From: a virus | Taxonomy: Duplodnaviria; Caudoviricetes | Length of the DNA: 64,000 bases | IMG/VR virus record: IMGVR_UViG_2974732664_000001 | Coordinates: 1 to 64,000 of that record | Reading direction: 5' to 3' (one strand) | Shown: positions 37,999 to 50,000 of the stretch, piece by piece | Position numbering within the stretch: the first letter of the stretch is position 1 | Layout of the letters: every line of letters begins with the position of its first letter | Notes under the pieces: model-generated | What the model was told of the DNA's origin: nothing | Seen by the model: only the letters and a program-made list of their open reading frames with translations | The model's database searches: none | Made by a program: the position numbers and the translations under genes

Positions 37999-38305
37999 TG
38001 TAGTAATAGGATGCCTATTAGGTGTGCTGGGAGGTGCAGTAATGTCTCCTCTATTGCATAAATGGCTTACAAAGAAGCTGACTAAGAAAATTCGTCTCGA
38101 CAAAGGTGGATTTATGCGTATTTATCTTCCAAATAAATTGCAGATGACTATCTGGGATAGTTATAGTGATGATGGATGTATATGCGTATGTGTTCATCGT
38201 GGAGGTGAACAAAAAGAAACTGATGGCGAAATTGTCTATTTTAATAGAACTTCTGTATCCAAAATAAGGGGAAAGAATTTTTATTATGATAGGCAAGAAA
38301 TCTAA
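37991..38305 (+). CDS. Membrane-anchored hypothetical protein
   Basis: N-terminal TM segment. Confidence 0.65.
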   Translation: MIDVVIGCLLGVLGGAVMSPLLHKWLTKKLTKKIRLDKGGFMRIYLPNKLQMTIWDSYSDDGCICVCVHRGGEQKETDGEIVYFNRTSVSKIRGKNFYYDRQEI

Positions 38306-38684
38306 AAAGAAATCCAAAGGCAGAGTACGGAATGCGACGAAAGTCGATAAGTATGGTCTCCATTTTAGGAGTAAACTCGAATGCTATACTTATGAAGCTT
38401 TTATGAAAGCTGGAATACCAGTTAAATATGAGCCAAAGCATTTCGTATTACTGGATAAATTCGAGTATTTAGGTGAAAAAATAAGACCTCTAACATACCT
38501 ACCTGACTTCATTGGAAATGGGTTTGTAGTAGAATGCAAAGGTCTTATGGGAGATTCATTCCCTCTTAGATGGAAATTGTTTAAGCATTATCTTAAGCGA
38601 CATCGAAGTAAAATGAAATGTTATCTCGTACGTAACCATGAACAGGTAGACGAGATGATAGAAGAGATAAAAACCAATATTTGA
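38286..38684 (+). CDS. PD-(D/E)xK endonuclease (endonuclease I / resolvase-like)
   Basis: FRSKLE, YEP, YLPDF, VECKG. Confidence 0.82.
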   Translation: MIGKKSKKKSKGRVRNATKVDKYGLHFRSKLECYTYEAFMKAGIPVKYEPKHFVLLDKFEYLGEKIRPLTYLPDFIGNGFVVECKGLMGDSFPLRWKLFKHYLKRHRSKMKCYLVRNHEQVDEMIEEIKTNI

Positions 38685-38704
38685 GTATTATAATATCAGT
38701 AAAT

Positions 38705-39598
38705 ATGGAAAAGAAATTTTTGAAAGTAGGTAATAATATAAACTTTAAGTTTAACACAGATGGTCTTGAGTATGATTTGATTCCAGGAACAGTTTACAAT
38801 ATTATTGTAGACCGTTATACTGACACCGTATCACTACAAGAGTCTGGTAAGTTACCTTTGCCTTCTAAGGTATATTGTACATCGCGTGATGAACGTTTCA
38901 TAGACAAAGTTGTTAATAGTTATAACCTGTCTGAGAGCGGATTTACTGGTGTAATGCTTGCAGGATTGAAGGGATCAGGAAAGACCGTAATGGCTAAGAT
39001 GATTGCCAATAAGAGCGGTCTTCCAATTGTGAACATAGACAAAAACATACGTCCACATATCCTTCGAAATATTGTAGAGATGCTCGGTGACACAAGTGTT
39101 TGCTTCTTGTTTGATGAGCTTGACAAAGTTCTTGCAGATTACGATGATTCTTTCTTATTACAGGTATTGGATGGTTCTGATACTAAGGGTAAGCATATGA
39201 TTTTGTTTACATGTAATGATGACAGTGAGATATCAGAGTATCTGATAGACCGTTGTTCTCGTATTCGCTATTGGCGTAAGTTTGAAGAAATGTCTCCATC
39301 TCTTATAATGGAGGTATTAAATGATAAGCTTAATGATAAGAAGGAAGTTAAATCTTTAACAGACTTTATTAAGGATAACTTCGAGGTATGTAGTTTTGAT
39401 AACATTGTTTCTTTCGTAAAGGAAGCTAACAATTATCCTACTACGACATTCGAAGAATTGTTTGAGGATATGAACCTTTCTTCAAAAGATACTATAAAAC
39501 CTCATGCTCGTTCTTATAAAGAGAACAATCATAAGAACGTTAAGAACAAATTAGCTTCAGATGATTTCTGTTGTGATTATTGTTGTGCAGGATGCTAA
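38705..39598 (+). CDS. AAA+ ATPase
   Basis: Walker A GLKGSGKT, Walker B FLFDELDK, FTCN, DRCSRI. Confidence 0.88.
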   Translation: MEKKFLKVGNNINFKFNTDGLEYDLIPGTVYNIIVDRYTDTVSLQESGKLPLPSKVYCTSRDERFIDKVVNSYNLSESGFTGVMLAGLKGSGKTVMAKMIANKSGLPIVNIDKNIRPHILRNIVEMLGDTSVCFLFDELDKVLADYDDSFLLQVLDGSDTKGKHMILFTCNDDSEISEYLIDRCSRIRYWRKFEEMSPSLIMEVLNDKLNDKKEVKSLTDFIKDNFEVCSFDNIVSFVKEANNYPTTTFEELFEDMNLSSKDTIKPHARSYKENNHKNVKNKLASDDFCCDYCCAGC

Positions 39599-40614
39599 TG
39601 GTTACACCAAAGTACAAAATACCGGAATACGACATTCCATACTACGAAGATAATACACGCATTAGCAATAGTGCGATAGGCTGGTTCTTGAATAAAGGGC
39701 CGGCCTATTTTCGTAATATGTTGGATGGTAAAGAGAAAGGCTTAGATTTACCACAGTTACGTAAAGGAACCATGATACATGAGTTCCTGCTTCAACCAGA
39801 TCAGTTCTGGAATGATTACGTTCTGTTCGATGGCGACAAGCCTAAAAGTGCGCAAGCACAAAAGTTCTGTGAAAACTTAATAAATACCGTTGAAATAGAG
39901 CTAAGTAAACAGCTCTCAGAAGCCTATCGCAAATCTTATAGTATAGTTGGCAAGAGCGAAGATAAAATCCTCTCAGAAGCGCTTAAAATAAGCGTAGAGT
40001 ATAAGGATTATATCGAAGCCTTAAAAACGAACAAGATACTTATATCTGAATACGATTTAAAGCAACTTGATACTATTAAGAATAATGTGCAAGCTCACAA
40101 ATTAGCATGCATATTGTTGCGAGAATCTGGAGAGTATGGCTTTACTCATATATATCATGAATTCCAAATAAATTGGGATTTTCATTTACCGTTTAAGTGC
40201 ATTAAATGCAAATCTTTATTGGATAGTTGTACATTTGACTTTCAAAATAAAGTATGTACAATTATGGATATTAAGACTACAGCTAAATTATGGCATTTTG
40301 AAGACAGTATGAAAGAATTTGATTACTGTAGGCAATTGTGCTTTTATAAGGATGCTGTATATTGGTATCTTGCAAATGTACTAGGAATAACTGATGAATT
40401 TGATAAATGGAGATTCGAGTTTTATATTATTGCTATTGATACAACAGGCAGTAATGAAATAAGAGTTTTCAGATTGGATCCATCTCAGGTTTGTTCTAGA
40501 AACGACGTAATAAATGATACAATGACAGAAATAGCATGGCACATGGATAAAAATCTATGGGAACATGGTTATGAGTATTATGCTGGAGATGGTAGTGAAA
40601 CTTTAAACCTATGA
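39598..40614 (+). CDS. PD-(D/E)xK exonuclease (RecE/ExoVIII-like)
   Basis: ISNS, GTMIHEFLLQP, KSLLD, MDIKTT, YCRQLCFY. Confidence 0.82.
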   Translation: MVTPKYKIPEYDIPYYEDNTRISNSAIGWFLNKGPAYFRNMLDGKEKGLDLPQLRKGTMIHEFLLQPDQFWNDYVLFDGDKPKSAQAQKFCENLINTVEIELSKQLSEAYRKSYSIVGKSEDKILSEALKISVEYKDYIEALKTNKILISEYDLKQLDTIKNNVQAHKLACILLRESGEYGFTHIYHEFQINWDFHLPFKCIKCKSLLDSCTFDFQNKVCTIMDIKTTAKLWHFEDSMKEFDYCRQLCFYKDAVYWYLANVLGITDEFDKWRFEFYIIAIDTTGSNEIRVFRLDPSQVCSRNDVINDTMTEIAWHMDKNLWEHGYEYYAGDGSETLNL

Positions 40615-40757
40615 GTAAAATGAAAAACGAAACTTTGAATGTTGAAGTGTTAGAAAACACATTTAATGTTATGAATCTTGAGAATACATTTAATGTAGAC
40701 GATTTTGAGAATTGTGCTACAGGTGAAGAATTAGAAGCAGCAATTTTGAATGTTTAA
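40611..40757 (+). CDS. Small acidic peptide (48 aa) with LENTFNV duplication
   Basis: ATGA overlap with the exonuclease stop; TAA at 40757. Confidence 0.5.
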   Translation: MSKMKNETLNVEVLENTFNVMNLENTFNVDDFENCATGEELEAAILNV

Positions 40758-41139
40758 TAAGGAGAAGTTTAAAAATAACTCTATATTTGTAGTTCCCTAT
40801 ATAATAACAAATAGAGAATTATTAACTACAAATGCTCTTTATTCTTCAGAAATAGTTACAGTAGGAGAAAAGAAGTATATACGACTTCTTTATAATCCTA
40901 TTTCTGTTGCACAGCGTTATTGGATATACAAACAATCTGAGAGTGAATATTATTTTGACTCTAAGGTTGATGTAGAATCTAATAGTAAAGTTCTTCTTGA
41001 AGTTTTGTACGAAATACCGAAAGCAAAAAAGGCTGAAGTATCTTGTATAGAACAAGGTGGATTTGATATTCTAACAAAGCAGAATGTAGTTGATAACGCA
41101 ATATACTGGGGATACTATTCCCAAGAAGTTTTGAATTAG
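40750..41139 (+). CDS. Hypothetical protein (TAG stop)
   Basis: ORF track. Confidence 0.7.
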   Translation: MFNKEKFKNNSIFVVPYIITNRELLTTNALYSSEIVTVGEKKYIRLLYNPISVAQRYWIYKQSESEYYFDSKVDVESNSKVLLEVLYEIPKAKKAEVSCIEQGGFDILTKQNVVDNAIYWGYYSQEVLN

Positions 41140-41146
41140 TGGATAA

Positions 41147-41190
41147 ATAAACCCCGGCCACTCGTGAGAGCAGTCGGGGTCTTTTTTATT
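41147..41190. terminator. Terminator between convergent early and late units
   Basis: ACCCCGGC-CA-CTC-GTGA-GAG-CA-GTCGGGGT-CTTTTTT, preceded by an A tract. Confidence 0.8.
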
Positions 41191-44100
41191 TATTAAATTT
41201 ATCTAAAGCCCAATTGTATAATGGGTCATCTGAAGATTTATTTTGAATGATTTGATTTTCGTAATAGCTTCTTTTACTCTTTGAGTCAAGGATTTGTTCA
41301 TAAGCATGATGAAATGGTGTTGCTTTAAACATATCTCTTGAAGCTTTATTCCATTCAGTATCTGTAAATGGAATATTGTAATCAGAGTAAATACCTCGCT
41401 ATATACTTGGATCATAATCGTTAAGGGAGCCACCTAGGAAAGTATCCAATAGCGATCCTCGAGGCATAATGGAATATAATGCGTATTCCGGAACGGATTT
41501 GGCAACGCTCTAAATAGCGTCTAAAGTACCAGTTTGGGCTGATACTGTCTTAAAGTTATTTAATGCATCGTCGAAACGATAAGGAGTAAATACCTCCCAT
41601 TTTGTACGTACTGCAATATATGCAAGTAGCTACATTAATTTATTATCATCATCAGAATCTGCATATGCACATATTAAGGCAACAGCAGGGCAAACAACTA
41701 ATTTATATAAAGCAATTTCAATTGCAAGACGTTTTAATTGCTGACGTCTAAATCTACATAATCTAGCCTGGCTTTCGGACGAATTATCGTACAAATATCT
41801 CTGTAATGACCTAGAATTTTTCGCTCTAGAGCCCAATAATGCACCAATTGCAGAACCTATAGCAACGCCAGCCATAGGACCTACAATAGGCAAGAATGAG
41901 CCTAATGCGGCACCTGCTGCAAGACCAGTTAAGATTGATTTCTTTCTGTTCACCTAGAAGTTCTAGAGGTTTATTTCATCAGAATATCCTTTAGACAACA
42001 CATTAAGTAATTGTAATCCAGACCTAAATGAACCTCCTTTAAACTGCTGAGTAGAATTATCCCATACGGTATCTCCGAATCTCTCTTGAAGCATAAGAGG
42101 GAAATATTGTCTATGAACCAAAACTGCGGCACCTAATGCGTTTGTTGTGATAGCAGCCTTTTGTGATTCGGTAGCCATACCATCTGCATTTTCTGCATAT
42201 CTCTCAATTCTAGAATGGAGTACGTCTTCTATCTATTTATACTATTTGTAATACTGTTTATCTACAGTAAGCTTACCATTCTCTTCTTTCATAATAGATA
42301 GTAAGCTCTTTCCTTTCTTCCACTCTTTAATCCGCTTTTTAGCCTCTTCTGGATTAAGGATATTATTCATTATAACGTCATCCTTGGTTGTAAACTCTCC
42401 ATTGTAATATCTGTAAGACATTATAGTAGAAATAGCTATAGGTGCCTTAGCACAGAAGTCAAACATAGTAAGTCCACCGAATGCCCAGTTATGAGTTATG
42501 GCGTTTATAAAATTGTTTCTGTTTGAATCCTTCATCTTTCTCTCAAGCTAACTAGCTACATTAAAATGCTCCATTATAAGCATTAAGAGGTCTTTAGAGT
42601 TATGGTCTTCTATATATTTTGCGCCCATACCATTTTTAACTAAATGATGTAAAACAAATCTAGTGGCAGCGCAAGCGTCAGAAAAACTATATTTCTATCC
42701 AACTATAGAATTTACAATATGCGCCCATGTAGCGGTAGCAAAGCCAGTTCCAGCCACAGCTATATTACAGCCAAGGTTTACAAGTGTTGTAGCAGCTCGG
42801 AATAACTAAGCTACCTTACCCATATTAACCTCTCTACCGAATATATTGACCTACATTCTTGACGAGCGTATATTATATAGATTCATATCCAAGAATTTTC
42901 TAGCAGCCTTATATGTATTAGAAGACTTTCCGGTAACATTTCTAGTGGTTCTCTTAAGATTGCCTATACTACCAGTAATTGATACCTTTTCATGATTTCT
43001 ATTCTCAATCATATCTACCATAGATTCACATGTGGCTTCTATCTACTTCTTATTCTTATACTTCTAAGACTAGTTGTAGTACTCTCCAAGTATACCTATT
43101 AAATCTGATGATAGCTATGATGCGTCCTTAAGTCTTCTAGTGTAGTACTATGGTATCATATTAAGCTGTCTACCATCTGGACGTTCTCCGCTTATTTCAC
43201 TACCGAATGTAGGATCTTTTGAGTTAATAATATCTCCAAACTAATCCTGGTCAGACAATGCCTAGTCAATAAACTATCCGTATGTACCATCTTGTTCCCA
43301 TCCTTTCTCTCCAATACCAACGGTATCTTTAAAATATTCTCTAAGAGCGCCTCCAGAAGAAGATGGATCTACATTACCAGTTTTAATAAAGTCCCAAGCC
43401 ATTCTCCATTTACCACTATGTTTTTTAAGATATTTAAAGAACGAACCTGTTATCTATGGAAGAAGATAATTGTCTACATAATTTCTGTTTACCTATAACT
43501 CGTTAGACTCTTTAATTGTTTGATACGTCTTATCATAAAGAGCTTTAAGAGTCTTAGATTTTATAATCTTGTTATACTGCTCAGAATTGTCGTATAATTC
43601 CCTTTTTGGCACAAATGCCTATCCATAACTATCGTCGAAATCTTTATCAAGTAAATCGTTATTCTCATCAGAGTTAAGATAACCATCTCCTGGTAGAACC
43701 TCCATAAATCTGTCGTAGTAAGCCTATTTTGCTACAACTTTTCTAAACCAAGGTTTAGCCTACCATGATATTTCTCCATCTATATCCTCTACAAGTCTAC
43801 CAGTATTTCTCTAAAATGTATCAAGATAACCTGGCTCGTCCTTGTCTCTAAGAGCTGCCAATCTGTGCATTTCTTTATATACATCAGTCAATGAAGATTT
43901 AGCATATTTTCTAAAAATTTTTGCACGATTTTTAGAAAGCTTTTTTAAATCTTTATCCTCTCTTACAGCTTGCTTTCTAATCTTAGCTAACTCTTTGTCT
44001 ATTTCTTGTATTTTATTCTGTATGGACTTCTATAATTTAGAAGGGTTTATATCACCGGTATTGTAATCTCTGTATGTAGACAGTATATTGTACTTCTGTT

Positions 44101-47023
44101 GCTATAATTCTTCATATCTAGCTCCATGGTCGCTAACTCCGTCTACAATTATTGCGTATACAGGTTTCTCTGCTTCATTATCGATAGTTTCCCAAAGTAA
44201 TGCTTTACCAGTCTCTTCGTTTACCTTGAGTCTAGTCTTACTGTTTCTTGAGTCCCATTTTCTAAGCTTATTGAAATCGAAGTTACCATCTTCACCTTTA
44301 GCCATTTCTTCAAGACCACCACACTCTTGAATAATTTTGTTTCTATCAGCCTGCCATCTCTTTGTATCTTTCTTAACTTTATCGGAAGAATTAAAGAGAG
44401 TTTCGTTCAGTTTCTAAAGCTCTTTTGCTATACGGTATTCTGGAGTTCCTTCTATCTTAAGCTCTCCGTTTATGTCATAATCAGAAGCTAACTATTTCTT
44501 TTGTATATACAGGCCTCTAAGTGTATTCCATTCAGAATCTGTAAGTCTATCAAAATGATAGTTTCCAAACTCGTCTTTACAGCTCTACTTTATGGCTTTA
44601 ATCTATATCTGGATAGAATCACGTGCTCTCATAGTATCTGCAGAAAGATTTGCAAATGCTTCGTAGTATTCTTTCTTATATTTCCTATGACAGTTTTTGC
44701 TTAACCAATCATTTACTTCTTTACTCCATTTTACACCATCATCACCTTTTGGCTATTCCTTATTAGATGGGTCTAATCCGTATTTGAGATTAAGCTTTTC
44801 CATGAACTCCTATCTTTTTCTGAAAAATTTACCATAATTAAGGTCTCTTACCAAATAACCTGTAGTAAATCCGTTATCATCAACCTCATAAAGATCAAGA
44901 ACACTTTCGCCAAACTTAAGCTATTCTTTAAGCTGCATAAGTTCTACGACTCTGTCATGGGTATCTCTATCAGCTTTATGAGTAGCCTTATCTATAAGAT
45001 AAGCCATTGCTCTTAAAGATTCATCTTTAGCAGAATCCATAGAACCTACAGTAGTATAAAACCAGTTTGTATCGTATCCTATAGTCTTAAGGTGGTTGAT
45101 ATAATCTGCTATTGTAGGAGAATGAACATCGTTACCTATCTATGCAAACCTCTTCTTCATGTTATTAATGAGGATCTCAGACATAAGAGATGTAGCGTCT
45201 GCTGCTACAGCTTCAGAACTTTGTACAATCTAGATTATTCTTTGTATATCGTTAAGTGTAGCCCTATCCTATTGCGGTTTATCCTCAAGTTCTTTTATGA
45301 GTAAATCTATTACAGTAGGAGAATTAAGAGCGCTGTTAATCTCTGATAAAATCTTCTAATATGTACCAAAGTTATCATGTGCTAAGAACATATACTCAGC
45401 ATCGCTTATAGTCATATTATCTTGTCTTATCTTGTGTATCTTTTTGGAATCAATAAGAATCTATGGTGCGATCTATTGAACAAGACTAGCTATTGAATAA
45501 AATGTGCCTCCAAGTCTATCTTTAAAAGACTGAACTTGAGATCTAAGTATCTCTATGTTCTCACTCTTATATTCTTCTTGAAGCTAAGATACTTTAATAG
45601 CAGCCTATCTTTTTGATAAGGCAGTAGCTATGTTATTACACATTTCTTCTATTCTCTTCTATGCTATTTCTTCTGAATCTCGTGTATTAAGACCGAGATC
45701 GTTATCATTAATTCTATCAACTCGCATAGAATTATTAACTTCTGCATAATTAGTAGCTCTAATAAGATCTTCTCTAGTCTACTATATCTAGTCGTTTGAT
45801 AGTACAGAATTATCTAAAGATTTATATACTTCCTGGATTATTTTAGACGCCTACAAGCCTTCAAATTTAAGAATAGGTCTATTGAGTAGATAAGACGCAA
45901 CAGTATTCTAATACAGCTTTAATTGGTCTTTATTTGTATTAAATACATTACTGTTTACTAATAATCTAGATAGGCTATTTACAAGGTTTTTTAACGCAAG
46001 AATTGGAGCTTTGTTATTCTTTTTATCTTCAAGAATAGCTCTCTAGTACAGCATGCTTCTTATATCTTGTCTTGTAGCGAATTCAGAAGCAAACTCTTTT
46101 TCGTTTTCAAGACAATAGTAAAGACCAGACATATCCATTCTGCTAAATAACTCCTTAGGAAACAACTTGCTAAATATATTAAATACCTTTCTGTTCTAAT
46201 CTCTGAATTTAATGTCTTCCTTAGTTTTTGCGTTATTTATAGGATCTGTTGTTATAGCATGCATTATCTCATGTAAATATGTATCAGCTAAATACTGATT
46301 AGACACATTGTTAGCCAACTATGGGTCAATAGATATTGCGCTTTTTCCATTTACTGTATAAGTCTTCATTAAGCTACCATCTTCGTGATTTTTGAAAACA
46401 GTAGGTATTTCATGGAGCTATAAAACTTCTGTAAGCTTTTCGTTCTATGGAGAGAATAATCTCAACTATGAGAATCTGGAAACAATATCTTTACTAGACT
46501 ATTCTTTGCCACTCTATAAAGCACTTGATATAGATTCGCCAAAAGTAGAATATATATTAGCTCTCTTAAATTTGTTTTGTATGCCAATCTTAGACCTAAG
46601 TGAAGCAGAAGCTTTTGCTTTTTCTAACGACTATCCAAAAGGAAGTATAGGCTCTCCGTTAATATCAATTTTATCCTTACTGATACTATCGCTAAGCCAA
46701 TCTCCAAAGTGCTTTCTAAACGTCTTTGAATATAAATTAGTTTTAGCTTTTATGGCTTTATTTATATCGCCATTGTATATCTACAATAGCTGTTGAAATA
46801 CTAATGATGGCTAGCCATTTGGAGCTAAATCCATGAGATTGCCATTATTAGCATGATAGGCTTTATAGGCTGCTTCCATAGCAGAGTAATCAAGTCCGCG
46901 TCGCTGATTTCTCAACTCTGCGGACTTAAATTCATCTTCTGTCATTGGTTTACCACCAAGTGCCTATATTATATTGTTAAAGCCATCAAAAACATCTTTA
47001 TTTTTATAATAAGGACAAAACAT
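41186..47023 (-). CDS. Large virion (probably ejected) protein with HExxH motif, TAG-recoded (~1945 aa)
   Basis: ATG at 47023 to TAA at 41186. Track fragments at 44305, 42535, 42178 and 41953 share the frame. YLHEIMH near 46270; hydrophobic Gly/Ala hairpin near 41850-41930. Not every codon was checked. Confidence 0.8.
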
Positions 47024-47025
47024 AA

Positions 47026-50000
47026 TTAACATTTTTTATTATCATTCGTTTCTTTAGACTCTTCTGATAAAGCGTCGAACTAAGATAGCAACTACTCGTA
47101 ACTGCCTCCAGTTTTATTTGGATCATCAATATCTTGAGATGGCTATTGTTCACTCTGACCATCTATCTACTATATCAAGTCATCAGCAGACTAAGCGTTC
47201 TTAGTATCTTCTATATTTGTAATAGCACCATCAGCTGCATCATACAACATATTTATATCGCCTTCAGCACTTTCTTGTTCATCAGTTTTAACATCGACAT
47301 CATCAAGTATATATTTCTACTTCTCTGTTTCTAAAGATTCTGGATTGCTCATAATTTTACCGAGAATATATATCCTGCAAGGTCCAAGTGTAGATGTTAT
47401 GTTATACTGATTAAGCATAGCTGAATGCGCTCCAGCTTGCTCTATAACACCATCACCTGTAGACAATATTGTGAAGTTTGTTACATTTGATGAAATTAAA
47501 TCCTTTACAATAGAATCAACTTTGTCGTTTACATTCTTCTGCAACAATACGTCTGGAGCTTCATCTTTGAGTTTCTTAGAGTATTCTGCTATAAACTATC
47601 TGCGTTGAGCTTTAGTTAAATCTGAAGCAAGAGTATCTTCGTATTCGCTTTCTTTCTATGTGATATAATCGCTTACCTGCTTTTTAGATGGTTCAAACTT
47701 GGATATATCTCCATTGAAATGTACAAAACTATATATTCCGATACTCTGTCTTGATTGTATCTATTCAACAATCTGCTATAAATTAGCATTATTGATATTT
47801 ATATCAACTCCATAACTCTTTATATCCTGTTCAATCTTATTAATAGGATTAATAGCTGATACAAATTCTACAGAACCATCTTCATTTGTAACCTTGTTGT
47901 TAAGTTTGTTATCATTAGGATTTACTTCATAATATGAACCATTTATCTTCAGAGGATTAATAGTTGAAGAGAATCTGTACATAACAACTTGCTTAGATTC
48001 GTCTTTTTGTTTAGATTTACCATTCTTTTTATCTTTAGACAAAGATTCCGTAAGATCGTTTGCATACTGCTCAGCATAATCCAAAAGCTTGTCAGATTTA
48101 AATGTGCTAGGCAACTTATTCTCATCAAATATAGAAACGCCTTCAGAACCCTACATGAATTCGTACAACTATGTTCCTTTTATCTATAATCCAAACTTAG
48201 GAACAATCATGTAAACCCTCTTGGTCTCTAAGGCTTTATTTTCTTTATTTAAGCCTTCGATTGCACCTGCATATCTATAAACAACATATTGATCTCCTCG
48301 TTTGATCTTAAAGTATCTAGACTTAGGTATACTTCTAGAATTAGAAACAAGAAGAGCATTAACCTTTTTCTTTATACCATCAACTTTAAGAACGGTTCCT
48401 TCATATTTAATAATATCTCTTTTATCTTCGAAATACATAGGAACAACGTCGTCATTCTTATAAAGGTTTCTTGCTATTACATCAAGAATATCATTAGCCA
48501 TCAACTATGCATCTTCTAAAGACTTATGCTAATATCCGTTTCTGGTTCTAGAATCAAGAGCTAAGCTAAGAGCTCTATCATACTGGCGTCTATATCTAGG
48601 AGGAATTATATCAGAGAAAGAATAAGCGCTATTAGTATCGTATGTAGAATAGTATGCATATATAGCTAAATCCCTAGCTACTCTTCTAACTCTTTCAGAC
48701 GGATGAGTTAATAACTAATCAAAGGCAGACATGAGTCTCTACTTCTGTTCTACACCAACATTCATCTATGTCTTTGAGAGCATCATTCTTCCTACGCTTG
48801 ATCCTTTTATTCCGGTCTGTGGTCTAAGATATTCGAATAATTCATTACTTATAACACCATCCTAATCTACAAGGCCTTGAGCTTCATCAGAATCTGGATC
48901 ATCTATTATATCCTGCATAAGATTAGCAAGGTTCTGGAATATTGTGTTTCTATCATATTCGTCACCTTCTTTATCTCCATACAGAATTCTTTTATAGTTC
49001 CTTTCTATTTCCTATCTATCTCCACCAAATGTAAAGTCTATAGGACCAGTGTAATCATCTGTAGCCTCAATCTTTGGAGCAAAGTCAAGTAATGCCTAGA
49101 ATCTTAACATACTCTCTATTGATGAACCAATAGCTTGCACAACATCATCTTTCATTACTTGCTTGTATCCATCGTAAGGAGTTCCTGTATAATTACCATC
49201 CTTATCAAATCTCCACTTTGTATATCCCTAGAACTATTCATCAGCATTTAAGCTAGCGAGAGCTGTTCTAAGCAGATTAGCATATAAAGGAGTAGCAGAG
49301 AATGTCTGGTTCTACAGTATTCTCTATACAAGCTCTGTAGAATTATAGAACTTAGAATCTAAGAACAGATTATGGAAGTATCTCATAAGAGCAGCTGTCG
49401 TCTCAGTAGGAGTTAACTCCTCTCCAGTCTTTTCATCAATCTTCTGCTCGTATTTATTTCCGTCATTTATATACCACTCAACCTTATGATCTCCATACTT
49501 AAACTGCTCGTATGTATTCTTAAAGTTGATATGTGAAGAAATGTTATTACCGAACTTCTTTGTATCGATCTTAGATACCTTTACAAGGTCTGCAAGCTCG
49601 TCTGCATATGTCTTTATCTTGCCAAATGATCTTAACGATAACATTTGATAATACAAGCCAAATGTAGAATCAATATGCTCTATAGCGTAAATACCCTTCT
49701 CAAAGTTCATGGCATCTTTCCACTATATGTCTTTATCATTACCTATGATAAGATTAAATATATCTGCAGTATACTTATTGATGACGTTCTGGTTCTTTTC
49801 TCCATCAGACTTTAATGAATCATTGATAGAATCAATGATTTCGTCTCTATGTTTCTTTATATAGTCTTCGTTAAGAACATAAGATACGCCACCAGACTTC
49901 TTTTTAAATGTCTTATACAAATTCTTTAAACCAAGCTTATCAGCAAGATTCTGTCTAGTTACATTAAGAAGATAACTGTATATCTAAGAATGATTGTTTA

